This document shows, in pieces, positions 30,050 to 40,787 of a stretch of 64,000 nt of DNA. Within the stretch, counting starts at the first letter, position 1, and each line of letters starts with the position of its first letter. The stretch lies in assembly GCA_963663965.2 (NCBI GenBank), contig CAXXFK010000040.1, forward strand, positions 128,365-192,364, read 5' to 3'. Position numbers and translations under genes: made by a program. The notes under the pieces are model-generated. The model was not told where the DNA came from. It saw only the letters and a program-made list of their open reading frames with translations, and ran no database searches. This DNA comes from Sedimentisphaerales bacterium. Its GTDB lineage: Bacteria; Planctomycetota; Phycisphaerae; Sedimentisphaerales; SM23-30.

Positions 30050-31951
30050 ATGACCGCCATTCAAGAGAGACAAGCAATGAATGCCAAGGAAAATTCGTCT
30101 ATTCGCCAGGGACTGGGGATTAACGCGAAAATCGCATTCCTGGCCGGAGTTCCCTGCCTGGCCCTGCTGGGCTTGGTGCTGGCCGGCGGATGGATGCTTT
30201 ATCAATCTCAACGCAATCTCGATGCCATTGTCAACGACCAGTTTGTCCAGTTGATTGACCAGAAGATCAGCCCCATGATCACCAACGATGTGCTGCCCCT
30301 GATTAACACCGATGTCGTCCAGTTGCGGGAAAAGCAGGATAGTATCAAATTGTTGATGGAAGCCGAAATTGCCGGACATCAGGCGGTGGGCGCGGAAAAA
30401 CAGGCCTTGGTGGCCGACAATTCCGACGCGGCCAAGGCGGCCAATGAAGCCAACCTGTCTTATGTCAACGCCTTGGAGGAAAAAATCGGTCAGGCGGCGG
30501 CGTTCTTCACCTCCGATGAAGGCAAAGCCGGATTCGAAGCGCTAAGTAAAGCGTTTGCCGAGTGGAAAGAAAAAACCCGCAAAGTGATCGAACTGGCGGA
30601 AACTGGAAAGTTGAACTTTGCCAGAAAATCCAGCGATGGCGGCTCGGCATTTCAGACCTTCGAAACACTTTTGGCCGGCTTTAATACGCTCAAGCAGCTG
30701 CAGGAGGCCAGTATCCAGACGGCCATGCAACAGGTCCAGGAAAAGCGGGCCGTGGTCAATCAGGAAGAAAAAGCCATTGCCGACAACAAAACTCAGGTAT
30801 TGGCTCATACCGCCGAAATCCAGGACCGGAACGACGCCGCCATCTGGTCTTTTATTGGGGGTGGATTGATCGCTGTCGTCAGTGCGGTTATTTTGGCGTT
30901 TGTCATTGGTCGTTCCATCTCCCACCCGATTCGCAAAGTGACCTTGATGATCAAGGATATCGCCCAGGGTGAAGGCGACCTGACACACCGATTACGGATC
31001 AGGAGTCGCGATGAAATCGGTGAGATGGCCGGTTGGTTCAATATATTTGTTGAAAAATTGCAATCGATTATCAGTCGGATCGCGGCAAACGCCCAAACGT
31101 TGTCGCAGTCTGCCGAAGAATTGTCCTCAACGGCAAATCATCTGGCCAGCGATACCAATGAAATGAGCAGTCAATCCTCCACGGTGGCGGCGGCGGCCGA
31201 ACAGCTTACCCTGAATATCGATTCAATGGCCACCACCGGCGAGGAAATGTCCAACAATATCAAATCGATCGCTTCGGCGGTAGAAGAGATGACCGCCAGT
31301 ATTACTGAGGTGGCCCGTAATGCCGAACAAGCCTCCCAGGTTGCCAATGAAGCGTCTAATCTGGCCCAGTCCAGCGATAAAAAGATCGGACAGCTGGGCG
31401 AGGCGGCTGAGGCCATCGGCCGGGTGATTGAAGTGATTCAGGACATTGCCGAACAGACCAACCTGCTGGCCCTGAATGCGACCATCGAGGCCGCCCGGGC
31501 CGGTGAGTCTGGCAAAGGATTTGCCGTGGTGGCCAACGAGGTCAAAGAACTGGCGCGCCAGACCGCCCAGGCTACGGATGATATCAGCAAACGGATTATC
31601 GCCATCCAGAATTCCACCTCCGATTCCATCGATTCGATCGGAAAAATCCGGGAGGTCATCCAGAATGTCAATTCGGTATTCCGCACCATTGCCTCAACCG
31701 TGGAAGAACAAAGCATTACCACCCGTGAAATCTCTCAGAACATCTCCCAAACCGCGGGAAATTCCCAACAGGTTTCCCTCAATATCCAGGATACCTCCAA
31801 CGCCAGCCAGGAAATTTCACGCAATATTTCCGGCGTGGATAGTAATGTAAGAAAAACGGCCGGCGGCGTCGATAAGACCCGCGCCGCCAGTGAACAGCTG
31901 TCACAGTTGTCTCACCAGTTACAGGAACTGGTCGGTCAATTCAAAGTCTGA
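30050..31951 (+). CDS. Methyl-accepting chemotaxis protein
   Basis: Two TM segments, HAMP (GDLT...RDEIG), IAEQTNLLALNATIEAARAGESGKGFAVVANEVKELA. Confidence 0.97.
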   Translation: MTAIQERQAMNAKENSSIRQGLGINAKIAFLAGVPCLALLGLVLAGGWMLYQSQRNLDAIVNDQFVQLIDQKISPMITNDVLPLINTDVVQLREKQDSIKLLMEAEIAGHQAVGAEKQALVADNSDAAKAANEANLSYVNALEEKIGQAAAFFTSDEGKAGFEALSKAFAEWKEKTRKVIELAETGKLNFARKSSDGGSAFQTFETLLAGFNTLKQLQEASIQTAMQQVQEKRAVVNQEEKAIADNKTQVLAHTAEIQDRNDAAIWSFIGGGLIAVVSAVILAFVIGRSISHPIRKVTLMIKDIAQGEGDLTHRLRIRSRDEIGEMAGWFNIFVEKLQSIISRIAANAQTLSQSAEELSSTANHLASDTNEMSSQSSTVAAAAEQLTLNIDSMATTGEEMSNNIKSIASAVEEMTASITEVARNAEQASQVANEASNLAQSSDKKIGQLGEAAEAIGRVIEVIQDIAEQTNLLALNATIEAARAGESGKGFAVVANEVKELARQTAQATDDISKRIIAIQNSTSDSIDSIGKIREVIQNVNSVFRTIASTVEEQSITTREISQNISQTAGNSQQVSLNIQDTSNASQEISRNISGVDSNVRKTAGGVDKTRAASEQLSQLSHQLQELVGQFKV

Positions 31952-32000
31952 GATGAGTTCAAAATAGAGGAACGAATTCACCGGAACAGACCAATTTCGG

Positions 32001-32068
32001 CATGGGGTAACCCCCGGTTATCCCATGTCTTGGATCCGCCGTGGCGGGCTGATCCAACAAACCTCGCC
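32001..32068 (+). repeat. REP copy C
   Basis: CATGGGGTAACCCCCGGTTATCCCATG...GGATCCGCCGTGGCGGGCTGATC, near-identical to copy A. Confidence 0.85.
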
Positions 32069-32155
32069 CCCAGACAAACCCTCTCTCATCCTTGCAATAC
32101 CGGTAGAAAACAACTCCCCATCGAATCATCCTTCGACCGTTTTTGCCCTTTTTAT

Positions 32156-32256
32156 CCCCTTTACAATTGAATTCTCTCGTTATGCCAGAAGATAAATATT
32201 TGACGAGTAATACGTTAAATTTCGAGTGATCAGGAACTTTCATAACCATTGGGTAT
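32156..32256 (+). repeat. Dispersed ~100-bp intergenic repeat, copy 2
   Basis: Aligns with 4346-4440. Confidence 0.75.
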
Positions 32257-32491
32257 ATATTTGGTGTTGATTTATGTTTCTTCATTCGAGCAATTTGTGG
32301 TTCATCTCAACATCACAAGCCCTTTTTTGCTTGCGGCTTGTCCACCTCGGGCATTTTGTTTGATTATTTCAAACCAGTAACATACCATAATACTTATCAT
32401 ATTTTAGTCTATACTGCAAGCCTGATCTATGGCAATCGTTTTTTCAATTATGTTTTTTATCGACGCCCCTGCTTTCAGAAAGAGTACTACC

Positions 32492-33619
32492 TTGAAAAAA
32501 ACAAATTTATCGCCCCAGAAGCGCATCCTTTTTGTCGCCTTTTATTTCCTGATCCTACTGATGATCTTCGGGATATTTGAAATGGTTGTCCGATATCGAT
32601 ATCCTGTCCGCCGGGACCTGCTAGTCCTGACCGGCCGGATCGCCGGTAAACACCCCATGCAAAGCTGGGCACTAATCGATCCCTATTGCGCCTATCGACC
32701 CAAACCTGATGTTACTGCCAACGGAAAAACGGTGAACCGGCACGGTTTCATGTCCACCCCAGAAATCACACCGGAAAAACCCCAAAATACCTGCCGTATC
32801 GTCTTTCTGGGAGGTTCTTCCACAGCCGGCACTGGGTTCAATCTAAAAGACACCGAAACCTGGCCTTGGAAAACCATCGCCCTTCTTAAAAAAAACAGCA
32901 CGGTCCAGGTCGATTTTATCAACGCTGCAGCGGGAGGGTATTGCTCCTTCGAATCGTACGGACGACTGTGGAGCCAGCTGCGCTATTATCAACCGGATAT
33001 CATCGTCGTCTATCATGGATGGAACGATCTGTATTATTTTAATCGCGATTCTATGTTCGACTGGCGAATGAGGCCGGATAGCGAATGGACCTTCGAAAAA
33101 ACCATCAAACCCGTAAAAACCTATGAGCCCTACTGGTTCGATCCGTTCATCTACCAGTCCCAACTCCTCACCCGCTTGCGCCTTAAACTATCCCATCCGC
33201 TGCCCGGCGAACTGTCCGCCGGCGAGCCGCTCCCCATGACGGACGACTTCAATCATGACAACCTCGAAATCTGGCGCCTGAATTTGCAACTGATCAGGGA
33301 AGCCGCCCGGCTGATGGGAGCCCAACTGCTGGTGGTCAAACAAGCCACCCTCATCGTGCCCGACCTGCCCGAAGCGGGCCGCCAAAAATGCAATTGCCAG
33401 ATACACGGATTCGGATTCGACTCCCATGTCGAAGCCTATAAAAACATGTACCGGATTATTGACGAAGAAATCCCTTCTGATGCTGTTATCGATGCCACCC
33501 CCTTATCCGGCCGGATCGAATTTTTTTACGATCATGTCCATCTCAATCCGGAAGGGACAGGCGCCCTGGCGGATATCGTTGCCCCCAAACTGATCGAAAT
33601 GGCAAGAAACGGCTCCTGA
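32492..33619 (+). CDS. SGNH/GDSL hydrolase family protein (membrane anchored); start uncertain, 32429 is an alternative
   Basis: FLGGSST, INAA, HGWND, DHVH blocks. Confidence 0.85.
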   Translation: MKKTNLSPQKRILFVAFYFLILLMIFGIFEMVVRYRYPVRRDLLVLTGRIAGKHPMQSWALIDPYCAYRPKPDVTANGKTVNRHGFMSTPEITPEKPQNTCRIVFLGGSSTAGTGFNLKDTETWPWKTIALLKKNSTVQVDFINAAAGGYCSFESYGRLWSQLRYYQPDIIVVYHGWNDLYYFNRDSMFDWRMRPDSEWTFEKTIKPVKTYEPYWFDPFIYQSQLLTRLRLKLSHPLPGELSAGEPLPMTDDFNHDNLEIWRLNLQLIREAARLMGAQLLVVKQATLIVPDLPEAGRQKCNCQIHGFGFDSHVEAYKNMYRIIDEEIPSDAVIDATPLSGRIEFFYDHVHLNPEGTGALADIVAPKLIEMARNGS

Positions 33620-33773
33620 TCACCAGCCGGCTCGAAGGACTGGTCCATAAGAACCACATGGCACAGCCCGACTGCCCAGTAGACCGGCGTTATTTGGCCA
33701 AAATAGAATCGATCGTGAATTTGCATGATATGATCGTGGCTCTGTTCCTGAATGAATTTCAACCGACCGTACC

Positions 33774-34079
33774 CTAGCCATCCCCATGATTGACACACTG
33801 GACTACTTGCGCCAGAAAGGCGGTGGGATCAACCAGCTTCGGCGAATCGATACGAACCCGAACCTTGGTCCGCGTCTTGAGGGGGTGTGTACTCAGTAGC
33901 CCGACGCCACCTTGTGAGATGTTGTGAATAACGATCAACTCCACCGATCCCACTTGCATCCGCAACGACTCAATCTGTTCCACATCATCAATCACCGCAT
34001 GCTCCGGCACATTCCCACCGCAACCAGACACACACAGCAACAATATAAGACCAATTAAACCGTTTAAATTCATACCCAT
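33774..34079 (-). pseudogene. Chimeric remnant: lipoprotein signal fused to a partial PilZ domain
   Basis: LLLCVSGC lipobox from the 300-bp repeat; NISQGGVGL PilZ motif; the GRLKF-like tail lies out of frame. Confidence 0.55.
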
Positions 34080-34308
34080 TCTTTAACCACCCTTTGATCA
34101 AATGAAACTTGCTTCATAATAATTCCCTTTGAGTAACTATCGCCCGGCCCTAACATCTATCCGCGGCCAGACTACTCTTATTATTAGAAACTATTATATT
34201 ACCCACTACGGTTCCCACAATTTTTTTCCCAATTGAAGCAACCATCTCCCACCCGACCACCTCAATACCACCTAATCGATTACTAACTAGAGAGTTACAA
34301 AAAAGCGC
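34005..34308. repeat. ~300-bp direct repeat, copy 2
   Basis: Aligns with 27706-28010. Confidence 0.85.
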
Positions 34309-34439
34309 CTGCAAACGATCAGACAATTTCTTGCCGAGTATACATTCCATCATCTCTTTGTTTCTTGGCAAGCTTTTTATTCGGATATTTTATAATTAGA
34401 TTAAATTGAATTCCTGATACGACAAAATCGTTATCTTGA

Positions 34440-34810
34440 TTTTTTTATCCTGTTGATCCTGTGATCTTGTCTAAAAAGCTGTTTTTCTTTGTGACTTCTT
34501 TGTTCTACAATCCTTAATCTTCTTGTTTTTTTGCGTGTTTTTTCTTTTCTTGTTTCAATTAGTGTCTATTTGAATTAGAGTTACCATACGTATCCTCGAA
34601 ACCGAAGTTTTAGTGTCATTCCAGCCTTAAAACATCCCACGGATGTTTTTGCCTTCTCACCTTCTTGACTTCTTGACCTTTTTAATATGGGTGTTGATTC
34701 GTGTTTCTAAATTCGTGCGATTCGTGGTGGATCTTTACCTCACAAGCTCATTTTTGGTTGCGGCTTGACCGCCCTGTGTGAGCCATTGATTCTTTGCTTG
34801 TGGCTTAATC
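34440..34810. repeat. Cluster of short imperfect tandem repeats
   Basis: atcctgttg-atcctgtg-atcttgt; cttctcac-cttcttga-cttcttga; attcgtg x3; ttgcggctt/ttgtggctt. Confidence 0.55.
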
Positions 34811-34829
34811 GCTCCATCATAATCAACGG

Positions 34830-37800
34830 TCAATAACCCGGCGTCGCCCGGGCCGCCTGCCAGTTCGCGGCATTATTGCCATAAACATCCAGATCGATCC
34901 GCTGCAACGAATAACCCAGTCCGGGATTCGTTCCGCCCGGATCATTGCCGTTGGCTTGCCACGGCCACGGATCGACTCCACCCGGAAAATCTTCGCCATG
35001 GAAACCATCGCTGTATTCCACCCGGTCGATCCGGATAAAGTAATAGTCCCCGCTGCCATCCGCTTTCGGATCGCCCGGTATCGACAGATCCACATTCTCG
35101 CCGTCGTTGTCCAGCTTCTTGTCGAATTCAAAAATAATCGAATCCGGAACCGCCGGATAACGCAGTTTGAACGCCGCCCGGTTACGAACCACCACCACCC
35201 GGCCATTCGGCGCGATCGTACTGTTCGCCGGAAACGCCATTTCAATCCCGCCGGTAAACGCCCACGGAACATAATCGCCCGCCAGCGAACTCCAGACATC
35301 CAGACGCACCGCCGCGTCTGTCCGGTTGGCCAGTTCCACAAATTCAAATTCATCATTATCATCATAAAGACTGCCCGCTTCCGGCTCCGGCGGATTGTAC
35401 ATGATCTCGCTGATCACCACGTCCCACACCTTCGGATCCCCGTTCGCCGCCAGCGGGGTCGCCTCCGCCATCGCCACAAAATTATAATTCCCGGTCGTGC
35501 TGTTATACCAGCGCCCAAAAGTGACATCACGCTGCGAAGCGCCAAAGTCCTCCGTCTTGCGATACCCGCCCGGAACGCCGTTATACACCTGGGTCAGGCA
35601 GATATCCTCACCGTTTTCGCTCAACGCGAACGGGATTTCCGCCAGTGAGTTATTACTGTTATTAAAATCATCCACACCGGTAAAGACCAGGTAATCGTCG
35701 GAGTGGATAATCGTATTGGGAGCGATCCGATACTTATACCGGTTGTCGCGATCGTCGCTGAGATACCAGCCGCCAATATTAATATCGCTGGTCGTGGCGT
35801 TATACAGTTCAATCCAGTCTCCCGTCACATTATCCGTATGGGCCAGGATCTCATTGATCACCACCGCCTGATCCGGCAGAATTGCGTCAGCCGCGCCCGG
35901 CGATCCGCCCGGCAGGGTCGAAGCGTCCCAGCTCGATCCATCGTCCCATGACAACGGATCGGGATTCTCCGGATCGATAATCGTCAGCGAAAATCCTTCG
36001 CCATCGGTCGGCTTGGACCAGCCATCCTTATAGTCAAAATCCAGAATCGTCTGGCCCAGCGGATCGATCAGCCGGATCCGCTCACCGCCGTTATTCAGAC
36101 GACCGCCATAGGCGCCCGGCGCAATGAGTATCCCGCTGGTATCGTAACGCGCGGCAAAGGCCTCCGGGTTGCTCACCAGCACCATATGCTCGCCGGCCCC
36201 CAGCAGCAAGGTTGATCCAAAAGTATAGTCAATCCCTTTATCGAATTGCACCCAGCGCAAGTCGATCGTTTCGTCGCTGGTATTCAGCAATTCGATAAAT
36301 TCAAAATCTTCTTCGTTAAAGACCCCGGCTGGATCATCCGCCGGATGGTACATAATTTCTGTAATCCGGAGCTTGTCGGTCAACTGCCCCAGGGTATACG
36401 TTGCCCGGGTCAGTCCGCTCCAGCGGCTGTACGCGTTACTGGGCACTCGCACCCTCGCCCGTAAACGGGTGGTCTCATTAATCGCGATCGGCTGACCGGT
36501 ATACCGAATCGCCGTATCGGCCACATCACCCGGAGAGCCAAGCTGACCCCCGGTATCACCGGTTATGATCTGCGCTTCCAGTACCGCCCCAATCAGAAAA
36601 TCGGAACTGCGGACACTGGAGTTCATGCCATGAATCGCCAGGATATTATCGCCGGCTCGCAACTCACCGATAAATGAACTGATATCGATCTCCTCACGGA
36701 AATCGACACTTTCACCGCCATCATTAACCCGCGCGTACCAGGTCGGCTGGTCCATCGTCACGCCGTTATAGACATTATTATAGCGCGCCACGATATTATC
36801 CCGGCCATTAAGGTAAGCCACAAAACCATCGTCCGCCCGCACCTTGATCTTCAAGACATCGATCTCATTCAGCAGTTCGGCGTCCACATTAAAGTGGATC
36901 CGGATCAGGCAGGAAGCATTCTTGCCGGTGCCAAACATCCAGTCCCGGACATCGTATGAATAGTAGGGATAATAAGCGTCATCGCTGCCGTCGCAATAAC
37001 CCACACCACCGGCCGCGCCCGACTTGTAATTGTATGTCGTCCAGCCGCTGTCGTCAAAAGCCAGGTCCGACCCCTTCCAGCCTTCATCGACCGCCGCATT
37101 CGGCACCAAAACCTTCTTGGCCTTGTTCTCGTCTATCAGGGTCACCGTCTCGATCTCCACCGAGGAGGCGGGACCAAACACCCGTGGATCGGTGCCATCC
37201 AGCGTGTACCAGATCTCACCCGTACCGTTGGGATTCGCCAGCGTCACGGTACTGCCCGCGGTGATCGCGCCGGATGCCGGGGTCGCTACCGGCGGTTTGG
37301 CAAACTGCCCGTCTATCCAGGCTACCCGCGTTCCCAGCCAGCTCTTCAGATGATTGATCTCACCTTGAAAATTACTATAACGCGAAGGATAACTCGTCCA
37401 TTTCTGATAGTTCCGCGTCGCCGCCGCGTTGGCTTCACTGGCCATCGAATCGATCAGGATATTTAAATGACTGGTCAGCAGTACATCCTGACGCAATTCC
37501 CACCAGCGGTCGATATAACGCTGCATGAAATCGATATCCGAAAATAACTGCGCCCACCAGTTTTCAAAAGTGAAATAACTCGTCGCGTCACCCGTGCCAT
37601 CCCAGGCTTGCGGATTGTTATCGCGGCTGTCCGTTGAATCAAAGGACCGGTCAAAATCCCAGATCGGGCCCATCTCCAGCTTACCGCCTCGCTTCTTGAA
37701 CATATAGGTACTGATCCGCAGACCATCCACATTCATCGCCAGCATATTCAACAGATTATGATCGATAAACGAACCCACATCGATATACCGCGCGTATCCC

Positions 37801-40787
37801 GACACTGGATCCGTCGCGTTGGGACCCCACAATGCGGTCTCAAAATTATCCAGATAACCGCGGATCCAGGACGCCTGAGTTCCGGTCAATCCTTCCGGAG
37901 AGGCGTTGCGCGGATAAAGATAATGAAAATTGCAATACGAATTATTAGAGGCGTTAGGCGTCCCGCGGCTGGTCTTAAAAGTGGGTAGATCGTCACTGAC
38001 AACCTTGTCGATACTCAACATATACCCGCCGGTGATCTGTGGCTCCCGGCTGTCCCAGGGATCCAGGTTCTCGACATCCACCCGGTCATCGCCCCGCGCG
38101 ATCTTCTCCATAAAGATATACAGGCCCAGGTAGTCATCGCTTCCCACTGCGCCGGTTCCCGGATCCAGATACAATTCGCAGAAACGGGTGCGCACCGCAT
38201 AGCGGCCCATCCGGTTGCTTAACTCGTATATCAACGCGTTGTTGATCAGGGCCCGGTCAAAAATCTGTGGACCGTAAATCACCCAGTCGGAACCCGCCGG
38301 CATGCCCAGCAGCGATACATCTTTGTCTTCATTATACAAATCCCAGGTCTCGAAGGAATATTGTTTTTTGGCAAATCCCTCTGAAGAAGAGCCGCGGATA
38401 TGAATCCCCCCCTGCCCGATAAAGTCGGGAATGGAACCCGTCACCGAAGCCACACCCTGGGCGTTGGTATCAAAAAAGGCCGCCTCACACTTGACATAAT
38501 CGCTGGCCGACACCGCCGTGCCCCGCGTATCGATCACGATAATCGGCACATCGGACGTCACGCCGGCCAGTTCCGATGAAACCGCGATATAGGTCCGGCA
38601 CTCCACCGGGCTGGGAACCTTGCCTTCCTTAAAAAATCTGGCCCGGACTTCAACCGTATCGATAATCGCCAGCGGCGAACTGTATACCAGCGAACTTTCC
38701 GTTGGCATCGTCCCATTCAGGGTATACCGGATCGTACCGCCGGATTCCGGCGGGGTCAGGGCCAATAGAAATCCCTGGGTGAAGGTCCCGCTGGCCTTGG
38801 CAAAGAATGGTTTCTCCGCTATTTCGGTATAACATGCATTGTTAGCCGCTCTCGGCGTAGCGACCGCAAAGTAACCCCGCTGATCCTGGTAGGTACCATA
38901 CGAGATAAATTCTTCCTGATCGGGCAGGTTGTCGTACTCGCTGGCGACAGACAGATCCGGACCGATCAGCGCCAGATATTCCCCGCTGCCATCCAGCTTG
39001 AAGTTGGTATGATAATTCCCCGCACCATCCCGATAAGGGTAATTCTCCGGATGCTCGCCGGCTTCGATCCCCGAAGCAAAGACCACCAGGTAGGCCCCCG
39101 CCGCCAGATCAACCGCCGGCAATGGCCACTTCTCCAACTCGGCTTTTTCATCGGTCAGATACCATCCGCCCAGGTTGACCGGTTCAGAACTGACATTGGC
39201 GATCTCGATCCAGTCGCGGAAAACCATCTGACCTTCAACGACAGTAAACAGCGTACTTTGACCTACCACATGCCGGTTCCTGGCCATAAACTCTGTAATC
39301 ACAACTGGACTACCAGGCGTCTCGGCGTAATGACTGTCAAGTTCGGTAGTCACTCTTTTTGTAACAAATATATCCTGGTCGTTAGGCTTCAGCCAGCCGT
39401 TAACACCGCTATACTCAAGGGAATACGTTCCTTCAATTAGATTCGAAATAATCTCGCCACTCTGTTTCCAGTCCCCACCGGCCAGCCGCCAGCGCGCTTG
39501 AGACTGCACCTCAACCGGATTAAGGATTACCTGCAGTTTGCCGTTCCAATCCTGCAGCCAGTCCAGCGCCATTCCCCCAAAATCAGCCAGCGCCACCAGA
39601 CCATCGCCGCTGCGATCGGCACAATTGCCCGGATAGGCCTCACAACCGGCCGGATCCAGCCATTGCTGAATCAAAACCTGTACATCCGCCAGATCGACAA
39701 TACAATTCCCGTTAAAATCACTGATTGGGCACAACGGCTCCGTTACCGTCACCTGCACCGTGTCGGATCCTTCCTGATTCAGTTCATCCCAGACCTGAAG
39801 CAACAGACTATAGTCACCCGGCGCCGGGAATATCACTTCGGTCCCCCCCTCGGAAGATCCCGGCCGGAAAACCACCCCGTCATCTGCCGGACAGGACCAT
39901 TGAATCGTCAGATAATCCGGATTCGTCTGTCCCAGCCCATCAGGATCATCATCCAAAATTTCCGGATTTATCTCAACACTGGCCATCTGCCCGCCCTGCC
40001 AGACCACGTCCCGATCTTCTCCCAGTTCCACTTCCGGCGCCAGATTACGATAGATATCGCCCCCGGTTATATCAGCAAACGTATCCCCCAGGTACAATTC
40101 GTCATAATACACATTCCCATCGGCCGAGCCGCCCATCCGGATCTGCGCCACCTCAATCCGTCCCACCGTCCCATGAAAGAAACTCTCTGACTCGTCCGGC
40201 TCTTCATCCGGCCGCGGATTCAGCCATGCCGTCAGTTGTGCGTTCGAGTCACCATTGACCACCTTAACAACCATCCAGACCTTTTCTGTACTGACTATAC
40301 CGGAATACTGAGCATCAATGGACACTCCTGAATCGTTCAAAGTATTATACAGATGCACACCCCAGAAACGCGGTGATGATCCCTGCCACGGCGATCCCAA
40401 AAACAGGGTTTCATTGCCCGATGCGTCACAGGTTGATATCCCGCTCCAGCCCACTTCCGTTTCCGATTGACAGATAAAACCGACCCAGAAACTGCTGTTG
40501 CTGGCATCAATCGGATCATTCAAACTGCGATAAGATAATTCAGTACTGCCGTCCGTTCCCGCTTTATTGCCAATAGCCGGCAACCCCTCATAACTCAATC
40601 CGGGTGCGGCAACAACATTGGCGCCACTCCAATTATCGGACCACCCCAATCCGCCTCCGTTCCCGCCCAGGATTCCCGTGGCATATTCAAATCCATCATA
40701 GATGATGGTATCGCCCCATAAAATGGCGGGTAAACAGACCAGTAACAATACCGGAAATATGACTCGTAAAGTGGTAGGGGTATGCAT
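34830..40787 (-). CDS. Large secreted CotH-kinase / lamin-tail-domain protein with dockerin-like and chitobiase/Fn3-associated modules
   Basis: Signal peptide; DFNGNCIVDLAD; ITEFMA/ITEIMY/INEILA/ISEIMY LTD starts; IRGSSS...GPIWDFD CotH motifs; YTLDGTDP. Confidence 0.9.
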   Translation of the reverse strand: MHTPTTLRVIFPVLLLVCLPAILWGDTIIYDGFEYATGILGGNGGGLGWSDNWSGANVVAAPGLSYEGLPAIGNKAGTDGSTELSYRSLNDPIDASNSSFWVGFICQSETEVGWSGISTCDASGNETLFLGSPWQGSSPRFWGVHLYNTLNDSGVSIDAQYSGIVSTEKVWMVVKVVNGDSNAQLTAWLNPRPDEEPDESESFFHGTVGRIEVAQIRMGGSADGNVYYDELYLGDTFADITGGDIYRNLAPEVELGEDRDVVWQGGQMASVEINPEILDDDPDGLGQTNPDYLTIQWSCPADDGVVFRPGSSEGGTEVIFPAPGDYSLLLQVWDELNQEGSDTVQVTVTEPLCPISDFNGNCIVDLADVQVLIQQWLDPAGCEAYPGNCADRSGDGLVALADFGGMALDWLQDWNGKLQVILNPVEVQSQARWRLAGGDWKQSGEIISNLIEGTYSLEYSGVNGWLKPNDQDIFVTKRVTTELDSHYAETPGSPVVITEFMARNRHVVGQSTLFTVVEGQMVFRDWIEIANVSSEPVNLGGWYLTDEKAELEKWPLPAVDLAAGAYLVVFASGIEAGEHPENYPYRDGAGNYHTNFKLDGSGEYLALIGPDLSVASEYDNLPDQEEFISYGTYQDQRGYFAVATPRAANNACYTEIAEKPFFAKASGTFTQGFLLALTPPESGGTIRYTLNGTMPTESSLVYSSPLAIIDTVEVRARFFKEGKVPSPVECRTYIAVSSELAGVTSDVPIIVIDTRGTAVSASDYVKCEAAFFDTNAQGVASVTGSIPDFIGQGGIHIRGSSSEGFAKKQYSFETWDLYNEDKDVSLLGMPAGSDWVIYGPQIFDRALINNALIYELSNRMGRYAVRTRFCELYLDPGTGAVGSDDYLGLYIFMEKIARGDDRVDVENLDPWDSREPQITGGYMLSIDKVVSDDLPTFKTSRGTPNASNNSYCNFHYLYPRNASPEGLTGTQASWIRGYLDNFETALWGPNATDPVSGYARYIDVGSFIDHNLLNMLAMNVDGLRISTYMFKKRGGKLEMGPIWDFDRSFDSTDSRDNNPQAWDGTGDATSYFTFENWWAQLFSDIDFMQRYIDRWWELRQDVLLTSHLNILIDSMASEANAAATRNYQKWTSYPSRYSNFQGEINHLKSWLGTRVAWIDGQFAKPPVATPASGAITAGSTVTLANPNGTGEIWYTLDGTDPRVFGPASSVEIETVTLIDENKAKKVLVPNAAVDEGWKGSDLAFDDSGWTTYNYKSGAAGGVGYCDGSDDAYYPYYSYDVRDWMFGTGKNASCLIRIHFNVDAELLNEIDVLKIKVRADDGFVAYLNGRDNIVARYNNVYNGVTMDQPTWYARVNDGGESVDFREEIDISSFIGELRAGDNILAIHGMNSSVRSSDFLIGAVLEAQIITGDTGGQLGSPGDVADTAIRYTGQPIAINETTRLRARVRVPSNAYSRWSGLTRATYTLGQLTDKLRITEIMYHPADDPAGVFNEEDFEFIELLNTSDETIDLRWVQFDKGIDYTFGSTLLLGAGEHMVLVSNPEAFAARYDTSGILIAPGAYGGRLNNGGERIRLIDPLGQTILDFDYKDGWSKPTDGEGFSLTIIDPENPDPLSWDDGSSWDASTLPGGSPGAADAILPDQAVVINEILAHTDNVTGDWIELYNATTSDINIGGWYLSDDRDNRYKYRIAPNTIIHSDDYLVFTGVDDFNNSNNSLAEIPFALSENGEDICLTQVYNGVPGGYRKTEDFGASQRDVTFGRWYNSTTGNYNFVAMAEATPLAANGDPKVWDVVISEIMYNPPEPEAGSLYDDNDEFEFVELANRTDAAVRLDVWSSLAGDYVPWAFTGGIEMAFPANSTIAPNGRVVVVRNRAAFKLRYPAVPDSIIFEFDKKLDNDGENVDLSIPGDPKADGSGDYYFIRIDRVEYSDGFHGEDFPGGVDPWPWQANGNDPGGTNPGLGYSLQRIDLDVYGNNAANWQAARATPGY

